Below are positions 13,301 through 25,600 of a stretch of DNA of 64,000 bases, one piece after another. The position numbers and the translations under genes were made by a program. Below the pieces are notes generated by a model, which had not been told where the DNA came from, did not search any database, and saw nothing but the letters and a program-made list of their open reading frames with translations. Numbering within the stretch: position 1 is the first letter of the stretch; each line of letters begins with the position of its first letter. This stretch comes from Tubulanus polymorphus (taxonomy: Eukaryota; Animalia; Nemertea), in contig NC_134026.1 of the NCBI RefSeq assembly GCF_964204645.1, positions 5,789,950 through 5,853,949 on the forward strand. The letters run 5' to 3'.

Positions 13301-16300
13301 ACAAACGATTAATGGCTGTTAAATCAGTTGGATGCAAAACGAAAGGCTTGAGCGACTCGACAACGAGAGAACGAGTCCGTACTTCAAAGGCTTACCGTTT
13401 ATAGGAAAACCTACTGTGTAGGTAGGATTAATTGGATAACTGCTCTCAGAGAGTGGTACGAAAACAACTACAGCGCCAGGGAATATTAGGATGAACTGCA
13501 ACAGGTTCGGAAACCAAAAACTGCCTGTCGGCCATACCCATCAAACTCGAAGAGGTTAAGCAGAAATGATCCCTGCTCAAAATTCGGACCTTCAGATCCA
13601 GTATCGGCCTCATGACCCGACGCCGTATATACAAATACAATACGCTTATTTAGAACGGACGTCGGTAGCTTAGAGTGAATACAATTTGTTTATTCATTAC
13701 GATGATAATTTTCGAGTTAAGAACAAGTGAAATTATATCAGGCTTTCCCTCGATATAACGTCTAAAGTTTAGAGACATGTTATGACATCCGTGTCAATTT
13801 CGAAATTCAATCCGTCTTTCCAGAGCTCAATAAATCAAATCCGGGGGACATCGATCCATCATTATGTATACGAAGCTCTAGGACTTAGTGTATAACAATT
13901 TTAGATTTGTATCCTCGCCTGCCAGGGACAACTCGACTAACGGTGTATTCAGTTTCATTCTAACTGAATCAAATTTTCGTCTTTTTGGAGCGCTGCGAAT
14001 GACCTGTAGTAGCCGATCAATGTATGTATAACCTATACATGGGGGATAGGTTTACAGCGTATAAATCAGTCTAATGCATAGATTTCAAGTGCAACCGCAG
14101 ATCTCCATTTCGACTCTCACCGCCGACAGAAAAACAAAACTCTGTCTCTCGTCTGCTTAATTCGTGCTCAGAAAGCCGTGAGATATGACAGTGAATTAGG
14201 GTAAAGAGCTATTGCGTCATGATGTAGTTGTTGTCGACGCTGCATATAGCAGCCACAAGCTAAGAGAGAACGAATAACAAGAATGCTCGTAGAGCGCTAT
14301 GTCCAGGACACACAGCTTTTTGGAGTTCCTTTTTATCATCCATATGAATGAAGATAGAATTGATTCAAGCCATTAAATCCATTCATAAAATCTAGTTTAG
14401 CCATCTAAAGTCCAACAGGTTTCTATATCTTAGTCAATAGTGTAGCATGTTTTTGCATTCTCACGTGAAAGATATAACTCTTATTATGGTCACTTTTCTT
14501 AAGCATTTGTATAAAAAATTTGAACGCAACTGTAATTTGCCATTCTAACTTTAAGACACTTTTAAATTTAAAAGCAGCAATCACGGGCCGGCAGTCGCAT
14601 GTTACGGGAGCTTCGCCCCAGGATGATATGTAGGATTATCTGTATGACTCGGGATGACAGGAAAATTTAATCGAATCGAGGATTACTTTACAAAATCATT
14701 AGCATGTGCCCTTGTTTTGCCTTGTATTCCAAGCGTTGAATATAATTTGTAACGCAGCCGATTTGTGTCTTTTGTACTTCGCGCATGTTTTAAAGCGTTT
14801 ACTTTTATGCGTACGTGCTTACAACAAACGCTCAATTTCTAATAACTTATTGTGTGGCCATGCAGCAAATTATTTACGAAGAAATTCGAAACTAGCGACC
14901 CGCAGCTGTAGATAATACGAAGACTTAACCGATTGGGGAAGATTTGAATAGTAACATGGAAAGTGACGATGTCCAATTGAAACATGATGACATTCTTTGT
15001 TAAGATATCGAATGGTTGGTTCAAGGAACGGCAAACCTATTTGCCGGTATTTTACTAGAATCTTAAACCGCAGTTTACGAAGAAATTCCATTCAACGGTA
15101 TCTCGGATGCAAAATTGCAAAACGGTCCAGTCTATGATTCCGAGGAGACATATATATTTGTTGATAATTCGCGCTTTATCGTGAGCCATAAAGGCGATTC
15201 GGATGCGTGACTGTATCAATAAAACAGTTATTTGATAAACGGACGGCAAATCAGGCTGGATATTGAGACTAATTCCAGAACAAATTAACTTCCACATACA
15301 GCAGACTCTCTGTATGGAATTCATTCAGTCGACGAATGTATATTTCATTGATTTCCATCTAGCAATCTTCGGCAAATATCTCATGTGTAAAATTGTCCGT
15401 CGGATTTCAAAGGGGTCCGCGAGCAACAGCCAACTGGAGGTTGCATTGTTTTTACCGGCGAGTACAGGAGTGTATATAATTTTCGAATATTGCCTATGGA
15501 ATGGGGAGGTAATCAGATCGATAAGGATACGTCTGGATTGAGGTAATCACGGGTCGATAGTACGGAATTGCGTTGATAATAATCTGATAATACTATTGGA
15601 AGTAGACACTTCATCGAATCACTGGTTGTCATGAGCGGGTTCACGGTGCGGTATAATAACCTAACCCTGGTGATAGAAGAGTTCTGCAAGATCATGGTCG
15701 TGTGTCACCAGGGAACCGAATACCAAGGGAAACGCTGTCATAAACACACCTAACCCTCTAGGTCCAGTTGCACAGTTGTAAACTGAGTTAAAATCAGAAG
15801 TAACTCAAAGTCAAATCTTAATTCACATCTGTGGAACTGAAATCAATTCAATTCAATTCATTAATCACATAATCTGTACATACAAAGATTGTCCATAGTG
15901 AATAGATCGTTCCGCTAATCAAAGCCTTCGAATATATCGTAAATATTCATTAGCTATTTTGGAAAAACGGTTGGAAATCTTCAGTTAGAAAACGTTATAC
16001 AGTTCTCCTGTTCTTATTCGCGGTCGGTCGCGCCAGGTGCGTTTTCTATTTCGAATCTACAGTTATGCTTTAAAAAGACAATGCTCTCCGGTTAACTTTT
16101 CCGGTTCGTTTCACAATGAAATTAACATTCCTTCGGTACAGCATACGCTTATCCTGTCGGTGCGCGCTGATCGAACGTAAACGTTGAACCACCGCTGAAT
16201 CGTGGCTACTGTTGCAGCAATATTGCGTGTGATCTTTGACGTTATGAAATTGAACGTAACGAAGCGCGAAACGTTAAGGAGAAACAGGGTTTAAACGTTA

Positions 16301-19300
16301 TCTACGTAAGCGTCAGATGAGTGAGTTTCATTTTCTGATCCGTAAATAGCGCTCTATAACGAATTACGTTAAAAGCATTTTATACAGGGCGTCCGTAAAA
16401 TCGTTCGTTATACGTTAAGACTTGAGAGTACATATTAAAATTCGATACATAAAATACATTAAATTCGTCCATTTATGATATAAGATTTCGTATTGAAAAA
16501 TCGTTAGAATCACCGAACGCCTTAGGACAAATATAAATGAGGCATAAAATATGTTCATTGAAAATTGGTAATTAATACTATTCGTATTACGATATGGAAA
16601 GAACCCTGCGGGATTCGATAGTAAGCGAGCATATGATAAACACGTAATGCAGCGTTTTGTGATGAGATACGAGGTGGAGTCGAAATATTTAGTAGGAAAA
16701 AAAATATAATCGCGCATCGTCATGATTCATATCAATTATATGAAAGTTGTACCTTTAAGCTAGGCAGGGTGTCATACTTCATTCACGGAAAAGGTACCGA
16801 ACGGAGATCAGATTTCGGAATAGAGCAATATGCAGCATACGAAGCGCGTAGAGGGTTTTTCGACTAGTTCGTTAAATAAACGCTAATGTCTGATTACCAA
16901 TCATTTTCCGGCTCGGTGAACCCTTTTTACTAGGAACCGACTAGTTTACTAGACCGGTGTGTCGGGTACCTCCCCTTTCCCAGCTGCCAGGGGTCATTAA
17001 TAATGACCCGACGAGCAATTATCGAAGGTGAACTTCAAGCGCACCATGTAGAGCATCAAATATGCATATCACGCTGAACCGCATGGGAAAATGAAAGGTA
17101 TAAAGGCGCACAGGTACAATGCATGTTGAAATACTGAAAACATCGTGGAAAATGTATCCAATGTTCGAACGTCTCTCCACGGACACTCCTCTCTCGTCCC
17201 GCTGTGTCTGGCCTGTCGTCCACGGAAGTTACAAACCAAGCGAGATGAATTAATTTCACAAGGTGTCCTCTGGACAACTATGTCAACACTAATACAACAC
17301 CGAACGATGAGATGAAATATAGCCATGAAATGATTGCCACTTCTACGAGCAGAAAGCAAAAGAGCTTTATCTGTTGGAGCTGACTTCGGTGATGGGGTTG
17401 AAATGCGATTATGGGATAGATTCAATATAATCTCTATCTCGATGCTAATTACTGTAGACAAAACGACAGGGCAGTTTCAGTTGGGTAGTATCTAATTGGA
17501 GTAATTTTGGCTTTTTTTGTTAGCGACGCCCAACGTTTTTCCTGACCACGGCTAGAATATGATTCACGTGATAAGCGGCTTGTTAGGACACGATCGATAC
17601 GTACGTGTATCGCGTCTGATCACCAATTTAGCTCGAGTTAACTAGTTCTTTGAACGCGATCAGTGAGAACACTAAAGCCGTTGATTGGAAGTTGGCGGGC
17701 ACCTGATACGGGGAAGGTGTCTTTTGATCAAAGCTAGCAGGCAGCAGAAAAACTGTTCGAAAGTTTGACGCGACCACAAAATGATACGAGAATACGAAAG
17801 TCTGACCGAAGGTTTGTTAGCAAACCCCAAACGTTTGGCGTTAAATCTTTGATATTGGAAACGAAGGTGATTTCCGGGTGTACACCGACTTAATCGTGAG
17901 TCAATATGGAACTCGATGACAATCGCTGATACTTCAAGCTGCTGTCTACGAACAATAATATTGTTAATGAGAACATATTATGTTCTCATTTTCTCATTTT
18001 CCCTTTCCTGCTAATGCCAAGAGATTTGCACCTAACACGACACCCGAACTGGTTCGTTCATTAACATACAGCATACCGGCTTGGGCAAACAGTATTGCCG
18101 TTTTGAGTACTCTTAAACATATCAGATCTGCCAGAACGTAATAATGCCATATTACGGCAAGATGCATGAGTACGGATAAATGTGTAAATTAGCAGACAAC
18201 CAAACTGTTCACAACAGGCTCATGTGATTACAAAATCAGAACCGGCCACGGAGGCCCTGGTGGCTCCAAAAATGACTTATTACAATTGCCTGGTGAAACT
18301 TCATTAATGTTACTTACTGTAATGGCATCTCAGCTTGTAACTGAGCAATCCGGTGAGATTTAAGGATAAATGTTACAGACAAGTTCAACGGAGAAATTAA
18401 CGAGTTTTCTGACAAACGACGTTGGGTGAATAACTCTGCTTAAAACAGAGAAAAAACATGTTAACATAATTTCATCGGAGGTTGTTTCAAATCTTTTCGA
18501 ATTTAGGACCATTGCGAATAAAACGACCACCAAATTTAGGAATTAGTTGATTTTATAGGTCCATAGTCAAATCTACAGTGGAAATGTGTTTCATAACATC
18601 TTAAACATCTGCAAACATAGATAACTCGACTAGGTGATGTTTGTTAGAGCAAATGAGATGGAAACTGGTGGCTCTCGCATTATAAACTCCGTCTAGTTTT
18701 GATTTTGAACAACTAATGGATGTGGAATTACTCGCAGAACGTCAAATCCAATCTTGCAAAACACGCGTCGAGGCCTTGTGTTCTTAGTCAACGCATCGGT
18801 CGGATTTAGAGTGATATTTGTGACGTATGTCAAAAGCAATAAACGGATCCGCGATCGAGAGAGAGAGAGAGTTCTCGCAGGTTCTGCTGCATGCATGTGT
18901 CACCTTCTGAATAATACAACATCTGAAGAAGACAACGACAGGTCACATTGAGCCCTGACGGAGTTTAATAAAGTTTCCCTTCGTCGAATGATAAATTCTT
19001 CCGTGAGAATTTACAGAGAAACACCGCCGAAATGTCATTACAATGACGAGAATGTGTACGCAATGAAACGAGATCGTATAACACAACCACACGGTCAATG
19101 TGGGAAATTATTCTTAAATTCGTTATCACGCGCGATCGAAATTCTGAGAAAGTTAATTTAATTTTTGCGAGGTACCTACTGACACTGGCTTTACTGCCGG
19201 ATGCTTATCCGGTGTCTGGATTAATACCCCACCGGCAAAGACTCGTGTTTATCTAGATAGGACGCGAGTCTTGTAATCCGAGCGCGACGAAAATAATAGC

Positions 19301-22300
19301 AAGATAGCGGAGAAATCTGTTACGAATCAAGATTGTAGTTGACAGCCGGTTGGATAAGGTCGACTCCGGAGGTGTTATGATAGTTTCATCGCGTCTATCG
19401 TAAAATGTACGTTTCGTAATTTCTCTTGTTGAATCTTCTCTGAAGCTATTAGCGTAATTGCCAGAACTTCCTAGAACTATTGACGATAATATATCCCTGC
19501 CAGTCATTTGAGAAATGAGTTCGCCTTACCTTACGCAGATGATTTCAACTTTTGGTGCGAACGGCGAAAAAGATTCTGAAGTGCAAGTGACGGGAATCGG
19601 ATTGACCACTTCGGTTGTTGGCCGGAATGGAGATAAGTCGTTGAATAAATCTATAGAGGGGTGACCGACTTATGCGTGTGATCCCAATCCAGGTCCTCCA
19701 GACAGGGAAATACTTGATGATCAGAGAACCGTTTGGAATTGCAAGCCGATGACCGGAACGGTGAACTGACAATTCGTCAATAGTATCGCTAAAGACAATA
19801 CCGACCGATTCTGGTATATTGGTATATACGGAGGTTAATAAATACAACAACACGTATCACAGAATCAGGTCTTAACAGTAAATTGGAAACCGGCCATCCA
19901 TTTCATTACTGAGCTAGTGATACGGCTAACCGTAATGTGAAAAATCTATTTCTAAGCATGTCGAGCTTGGTCAGGCGGTCAACAAATCCAAAAGGATAGA
20001 GCGAATAATGTTTGCTTGATCCCCGTGTAAGTAACGACTAATAGGCTTTGTGCGGTTGTCGGGTTTTCAAAGATGTTATTCTTTGGATAAGGGGAGGAAC
20101 CGTATCGTTCACCCGAGAGACGCCGCAGATCGGAAGTTATCGGAGAGCTGCATTTTTGAATGATGTCCACCTTCAAAGTATACCTCGCGGTCAGTTCCTG
20201 CTTGCAACATAACTAACACATGTACGGGCACCCATAGGAATCATTGGCATTTCCCTCCTCGTTTGCTGAAGACCGACAACAAATAGTGCTTTGAGCTGCG
20301 CGAGAACTCATTCGCACTTTGATATTTCTCATGCAAATATCCATCAATAAATGAGTTGCTTTCTCCGGTCACGCGATATTTGGCACTGGCGAACATTTAC
20401 GAACGTGTTTGGATTCGTGACTTTCGTCTGTACAATTTCTGGCCGTGAAAGCCATACCGAGATGGTCTAATCAATGTTAGGTGTCGCGGAAAGTCAGCCC
20501 CACGAGTAAATGGAACTGATGATGATACCTTCAGCCTCAATACAGGTTACTAATGGACCGTGGACATTGATTATCTTCCCTTGCGTATTAGGTGTGAATT
20601 AAGTATATATATGACCACAAATAACTGGCCAGCACTCGGCTCCGTTGCGATCTATATGATATGAAAGCGAAGATATCTAGTCAAGATTGCTACGAATCTC
20701 GTGGAAATAGACTATGATCTTCTAGGTCTAGGCATTGAAGATATAGTTTGAAGCGAAAAGCAAACACGTTTCGTGTTTCTCAGGCAACAGACGATGTCAG
20801 AAAAAAAAACTATTCTGTGTACGTAAGGTGTATTTTCCTTGTCTTTGATGACTCTTGAGACGCGATACAGCTTCACGTTTACAGTAGTACATCTGAAAGC
20901 AAACAATTAACTAAATTTCCCGACGGCGTAAAACCTTCGACACCGCTGTCACGTGAAGGGTCCTCGTCTTAGCGGCAGCTAATGCGACACGAAAGAACTT
21001 ATATGCAACATTGTTTAAATGTAACTGCAGCTAAAAAAATACACGTATCTAAGCTCTCAGTTCCTACTTCGGTGAAAGCTGTGCGCGATGTCCACTGACG
21101 TAACCCTGAAAACTAAGAACACCTGCGCTAGAGAGTAATTTGTTAAAAGCTTGCGATCAGGAAATGAGAATCCATTGGGTTTGGCTACAAAAACGTGATC
21201 GAGTGTTGATTACATGTAAATTGTACAGACCTCGCATACAATGCTTTTAAGCGTATTCGTTCATTAAGAGACTCAGTCCCAAAGGCACTCCATAAAAATC
21301 GACCGTGTTTTACTTCGGAAACAGAAATTCATTATAAAATGGATGGTTAAGTATTTTTTGCACATTACTAAGCTGTATTTTTTGTTATTCCATTAAACTA
21401 ATGAACGCGCTTGAAGACAAAACACCAGCCACGTATCATTACGTCAACATTGAGCGATCAAAATAACGGTTGTCGGGAAAAATACCGAAGATACGCTTTG
21501 TAAAAGGTTTATAATATGACAGTCCGGATTATGTGTAAGTCGGATCATGGACTCAAAACCGATTCGTTTTAGAGTCTAACGTTCTAACGTTCATCACCTG
21601 CATGTGCGCGGAACCTTCAAAATTCTGGTGCGCACTTAGATCGGAGAATAGAACGACTATGGGAACTTAAACTAACATATTGTCGAAGGCACTACTGAGA
21701 TTCAAATCTATTCAGTCATGGCGAAAAAATATGAAACATATACCAATCTATATATGATTTGCTTAATTAAGGGAAACTATTGGTAATTTCTAAAGAGTTT
21801 CAAGTACAAATATTGATACAAATCGAGTAATTAGAAAGAAAAACGATCTGGTTATATATATATAGAGACTGGAGATATCCCACACTGGTTTAATCAATAT
21901 ACACAACCTCTCAATACCGGTTTGAACTAAGGGTCCCCTCCTAGACAAAATTCTTTCCACGACACAAAGCCCCCTCCAGGAGTTCGGTTCACCATAGTCG
22001 ACGCTATACGCGGTTAAAGAACGCAATAACATGCCACGAATGAATACAACTTCTTTATAGTGTTTTTATGTCGACATATTCTGTAAAAAAAGGATAAAAT
22101 TCTCTATTTTCGTGACAAATTATTTGCATTCCATCGTTCTGTCAACTATTACAAATCGACCACAAAAGGAATTTACGGCTAGTGTGTCAACGCTAACACG
22201 TATCGTATGTGAATTTAGATTTCTTTTTTCGCTTATATAATAGACAAATCAACGGGCAATATTTCAATTCAAAACAAATCTTGTTATATCAAACAGCTGT

Positions 22301-25058
22301 TGTATGTAAAATGCCTATTAAAGAATACCCCCTTTTCTAATAAAAAGGATGCTTTGTAGGCATTATGTCCGTTTGAATTCTTCGCATAAAATATTTTCGG
22401 GTATATATCTCAATAGAATTATAGGGCTCCATTATTACATGGGAAACTATTCGTTTGTATATGAAACCTGGTTTATTTTGATACTTGTATATTCTTAACG
22501 TCAATGAATCTGGATTTTGAAAATCGCCCAAAAACCACTCAGTTATTAAGTCGTCTTTGAAACCAAATCCAAATAATGGATTTGGAGTAGGACGTTCTTT
22601 TCAAAAAAGATGGTTTCATGATAATTCTAGGCACTAACTATTCAATCCAAAATACGGAGCCCGATAAACCTCTTTTTAACTCATAAATCTTTCAGATTTT
22701 GTAGACTTCATATCGCATCTTCGTGAAACCGAATCTTCGGTGTTGAATATGGTTTTGAATATGGTCCCGTTCATCACTGAGCAGAATCAAAAGAATTCTA
22801 GGAATGAATATAAGATTTTGGTTATTTTTCTCATTAGGCTATACATGAATACCTTATAACTTAATTACATTATAGATGCACAGAATATTCGGCTGTTAAA
22901 AAATGCAAAGATATTTAGAATCAGTCTAAAAGACTGTTCGATGATCTACCGAAAGAAATACCAGCAAATAAGCGGCGTAAATGTGTCCTTGATATCAAAT
23001 GCTAGGAACCTTTTCGCATTTATTGTGCTAATAATAACGGCTTGTAGGCCTTTAGATCGTGATTTATTGCCTATAATTTACCCTCAACGCATATATGCAT
23101 TTGAGTTTATAGTAATAGTGAGGGAAAATGGGTCCATTCTGCTCGCATTTGAGAGCGCTGCTCCATGCTTTTGGAATTGCCAATTACATGAAATATCATT
23201 TCACGTAGTATGTTTTCTCACCATCGCATGTTAGGACACCTTTTACTATATTTGGATCCTTACATTTCAATACTGCATTTCATTGAATTATGTTTCAATC
23301 GAAGAGGAATAGAGAAGGCTATGAGGTATTTTTTAGAGTGAATTGAATTTATACTGTTTCACGTATTTTCATGCTTTCACCTCCTCCTCGACACGAGAGT
23401 ATTTCATTTTGAAAAAAAAATGAATTCTCATAATATACGCAAGTCACGAAAATAGCGATTCGCTTTTCTAACCAGTGGGAATCCCAGTCCCATCAGACAA
23501 AACGAAAATATATGATAGCGTTGGCAACTGGAATATATAATGCTCAATTTGTCAACGTATGGGGATGTTTTTTTGCAGCCAGTAGATGTCTGTAAACTCT
23601 TTAAATGTATGCTGGGAAATTCAGTCAATTTGGAATAAGAAGTCACAAACCAGAAGCCCTTCGGCAGCATTGAGAATCTATTGTATTGTGATTTGCAAAG
23701 TAGAAACACCTTTTTCTAGAAACATTTTTCATACTAGCATAAACTTTTCTTGGAGCCTAAAGATTTCGGCTTACATGTTCCTTCAAGTTTCGTGCATTAG
23801 TACCGTGCAATCATGACTAATGAACGGCACTATATGTCCTTCTCTCAAACGGTTCCCAGGTTTTGTCACTCGCCGCTCGCATTTTCGGACCAGATTACTA
23901 AAATTCTGACCGAGCCATTACCGATCTCTATTCTTGTCCGTCCATCGCGGCGAGAAATACACTTATCTTCGCTCGAAGGCACAACTTTTATATTTTCTCT
24001 CGAAGAAAACTTGTCGCGGCAATTATTTCGCACAGCAAACCGCTAACAAGAGTCAACTAAGGTTAAACTACCCCGCAGCAGCGAAGGCGTGTATCAACTG
24101 GTAACACGTTGCTAGCAAGTATCCAAGTACGAGCATTAGAATTTATTACCGACCAAATACTTTTTTTATTATACTTGGGATTGACGACGCAAACATTTCC
24201 CCGACACATTCCGTCCGTATTCACGAATAATTTCTGCTAATACCATGGCTTTATTTGCGTAATAATGATAGGTGACGAGAAATACTAGGATTATTACGAG
24301 AATTCTGCCTCCTAAATATGAATGCAGCGTTGTTTTTTCAAGATAATTATCGGCCTAAATGATATCATTTTATATGTGTGTAGATGATGGGTGACGAAAT
24401 AAGTGATGTTTGCAACTCACTTGTGTCAATAGAAAAGATACGAAATATTTACAATTTTCCTTACCATACGATATACACAATTCGTTATATTCGTAGAAAT
24501 AATTCCAGAAACAGCAAATACAAAATATTCAGATTCAAAGTTTGAAGATGAAAATCTTTTCGTCTCCGTTCGAAAATTTCGTTTATGATTTAATTCGTAT
24601 GCTTTAAATAAGCTTTTGCCAACTTCAATTTCCTAACTGTTGATCTGGATTTAAAACTTTATTGTTACAGTTACAGGCAAATATTTTCTTACATAGTGGC
24701 AAATGAAATATTTCGTTCAAATTCCATTAGTAATATCCACGATAAAATAGCATAAGTACCAATTACCCAAAATATTGCACAAATATCTTCCAAATTAATT
24801 AGAATTACAAGAAATGAAACGGTTTCGTACATTTCAATTTTGAATAAGTCAAAAAATATTTAAACATGTATTTTTTCAAGTGTCTTCTTGCGAAAAGCAA
24901 TCGATTTCAAATGATATATACTTTTTTTTCAATGCAATTCGAGTTCTGAAATATAAGAAGAAAATATATTTCATGAACCTACCCGTGTCTCCCCATGCCG
25001 ACACCAACGCTAGATTGTAAATCCACACCAAAGAAAAACAGTGCAATATGAAATCCAT
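7323..25058 (-). CDS. Secreted three-Ig-domain protein (lachesin/IgLON/DIP-like) with a low-complexity Ser-Gly, acidic and basic C-terminal tail, ~614 aa
   Basis: Exons 24983-25058 (signal peptide MDFILHCFSLVWIYNLALVSAWGDT, phase-1 donor), 12455-12606, 10944-11166, 10244-10410, 10044-10158, 9489-9679, 8467-8608, 7323-8101. All are GT-AG and phase-compatible (1845 nt). Ig signatures: VLSC..LEWVK..DSGRYRC; IYCNATGLPKPIVHW..DSGKYTC; LMC..IIWFKNG..DLGKYTC. Exons within 7323-12606 are firm. The first exon at ~25 kb is inferred. Confidence 0.82.
8182..8284. mobile_element. Palindromic MITE-like element, family A (last intron of the Ig gene)
   Basis: Imperfect foldback ggactggttttataga...tataaaactgggccc with an internal aacccggg/ctcaatt..aattgag core; homologous to 60327-60442. 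Confidence 0.7.
11237..11345. mobile_element. Palindromic MITE-like element, family B (Ig gene intron)
   Basis: TIR ccagttccacagtt...aactgtggaactgg plus inner inverted ttaactctgagttaaa/tttaactcagagttaa. Confidence 0.75.
15761..15839. mobile_element. Degenerate copy of MITE family B
   Basis: ggtccagttgcacagttg...ctgagttaaa...ctgtggaactg matches the ends of 11237-11345. Confidence 0.6.
24983..25058 (-). CDS. Probable first coding exon (signal peptide) of the Ig-domain gene
   Basis: ATG, a hydrophobic core and an ALVSA-WG cleavage-like site, ending ACG G|gtaggt. Phase 1 matches acceptor ttttcag|AC at 12606 and gives a GAC codon. A CpG/GA-rich promoter-like block lies just upstream. Confidence 0.65.
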
Positions 25059-25289
25059 ATTCTAATCCTTGGATTGCTTCAATCGCCAGGTACCGGATTA
25101 TGAGATTTAATTGCCGAGCTAATCCGAGAATTCCTCTGATGCATGTTGAGATGGCTGCGTCGTCGCAGTTATGGCAGTCTGGTATATTATGGTTTTTGTG
25201 CGCGCGAACACCAGTCGTTATACATTCAATGTCGGGTCAAACATCACACGACACTACAGGATCCGGTATATAGTTGAATGGGAACTAGT

Positions 25290-25600
25290 CACAGCAGTTT
25301 GTCATGTCCCCTGCGGCACACACGAGATCCCTCTCTGCGCTCTCTTTCTCTCGCTTCGCCAGTCTCCTACAGGCTGTGGTGCGCTTTCGTCTGCTCTTGC
25401 TATATTCTACCAGCGAATAGCAGACGACTCTCGGCGAACTGATCGCGATGACAAAAAATAGCTATATCGCCTCAAAGCGCGAATAGCTGGGAAAAACGTT
25501 TCGCGTTTCTTTCAACGAAAACTAAAATGAAAATCCTCTCGCGCGGTATACCTCGCGCTCGAAAAAGAAAATCTTTTCAACGGCGAGAGAGAAGACTCGA
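25290..25600 (-). promoter_or_regulatory. Candidate promoter/5' end of the Ig-domain gene
   Basis: Locally GC/CpG-rich, with CT/GA tracts (ctctctgcgctctctttctctcgc) ~250-500 bp upstream of the signal-peptide exon. Compositional inference only. Confidence 0.35.

Noticed and set aside
13910-13945. tcctcgcctgccagggacaactcgactaacgg resembling an HDV-like ribozyme core (similar 13-mer on the minus strand at ~4370)
   Set aside because: No upstream P1/P2/P3 partner strands could be paired, and the short match is compatible with chance.
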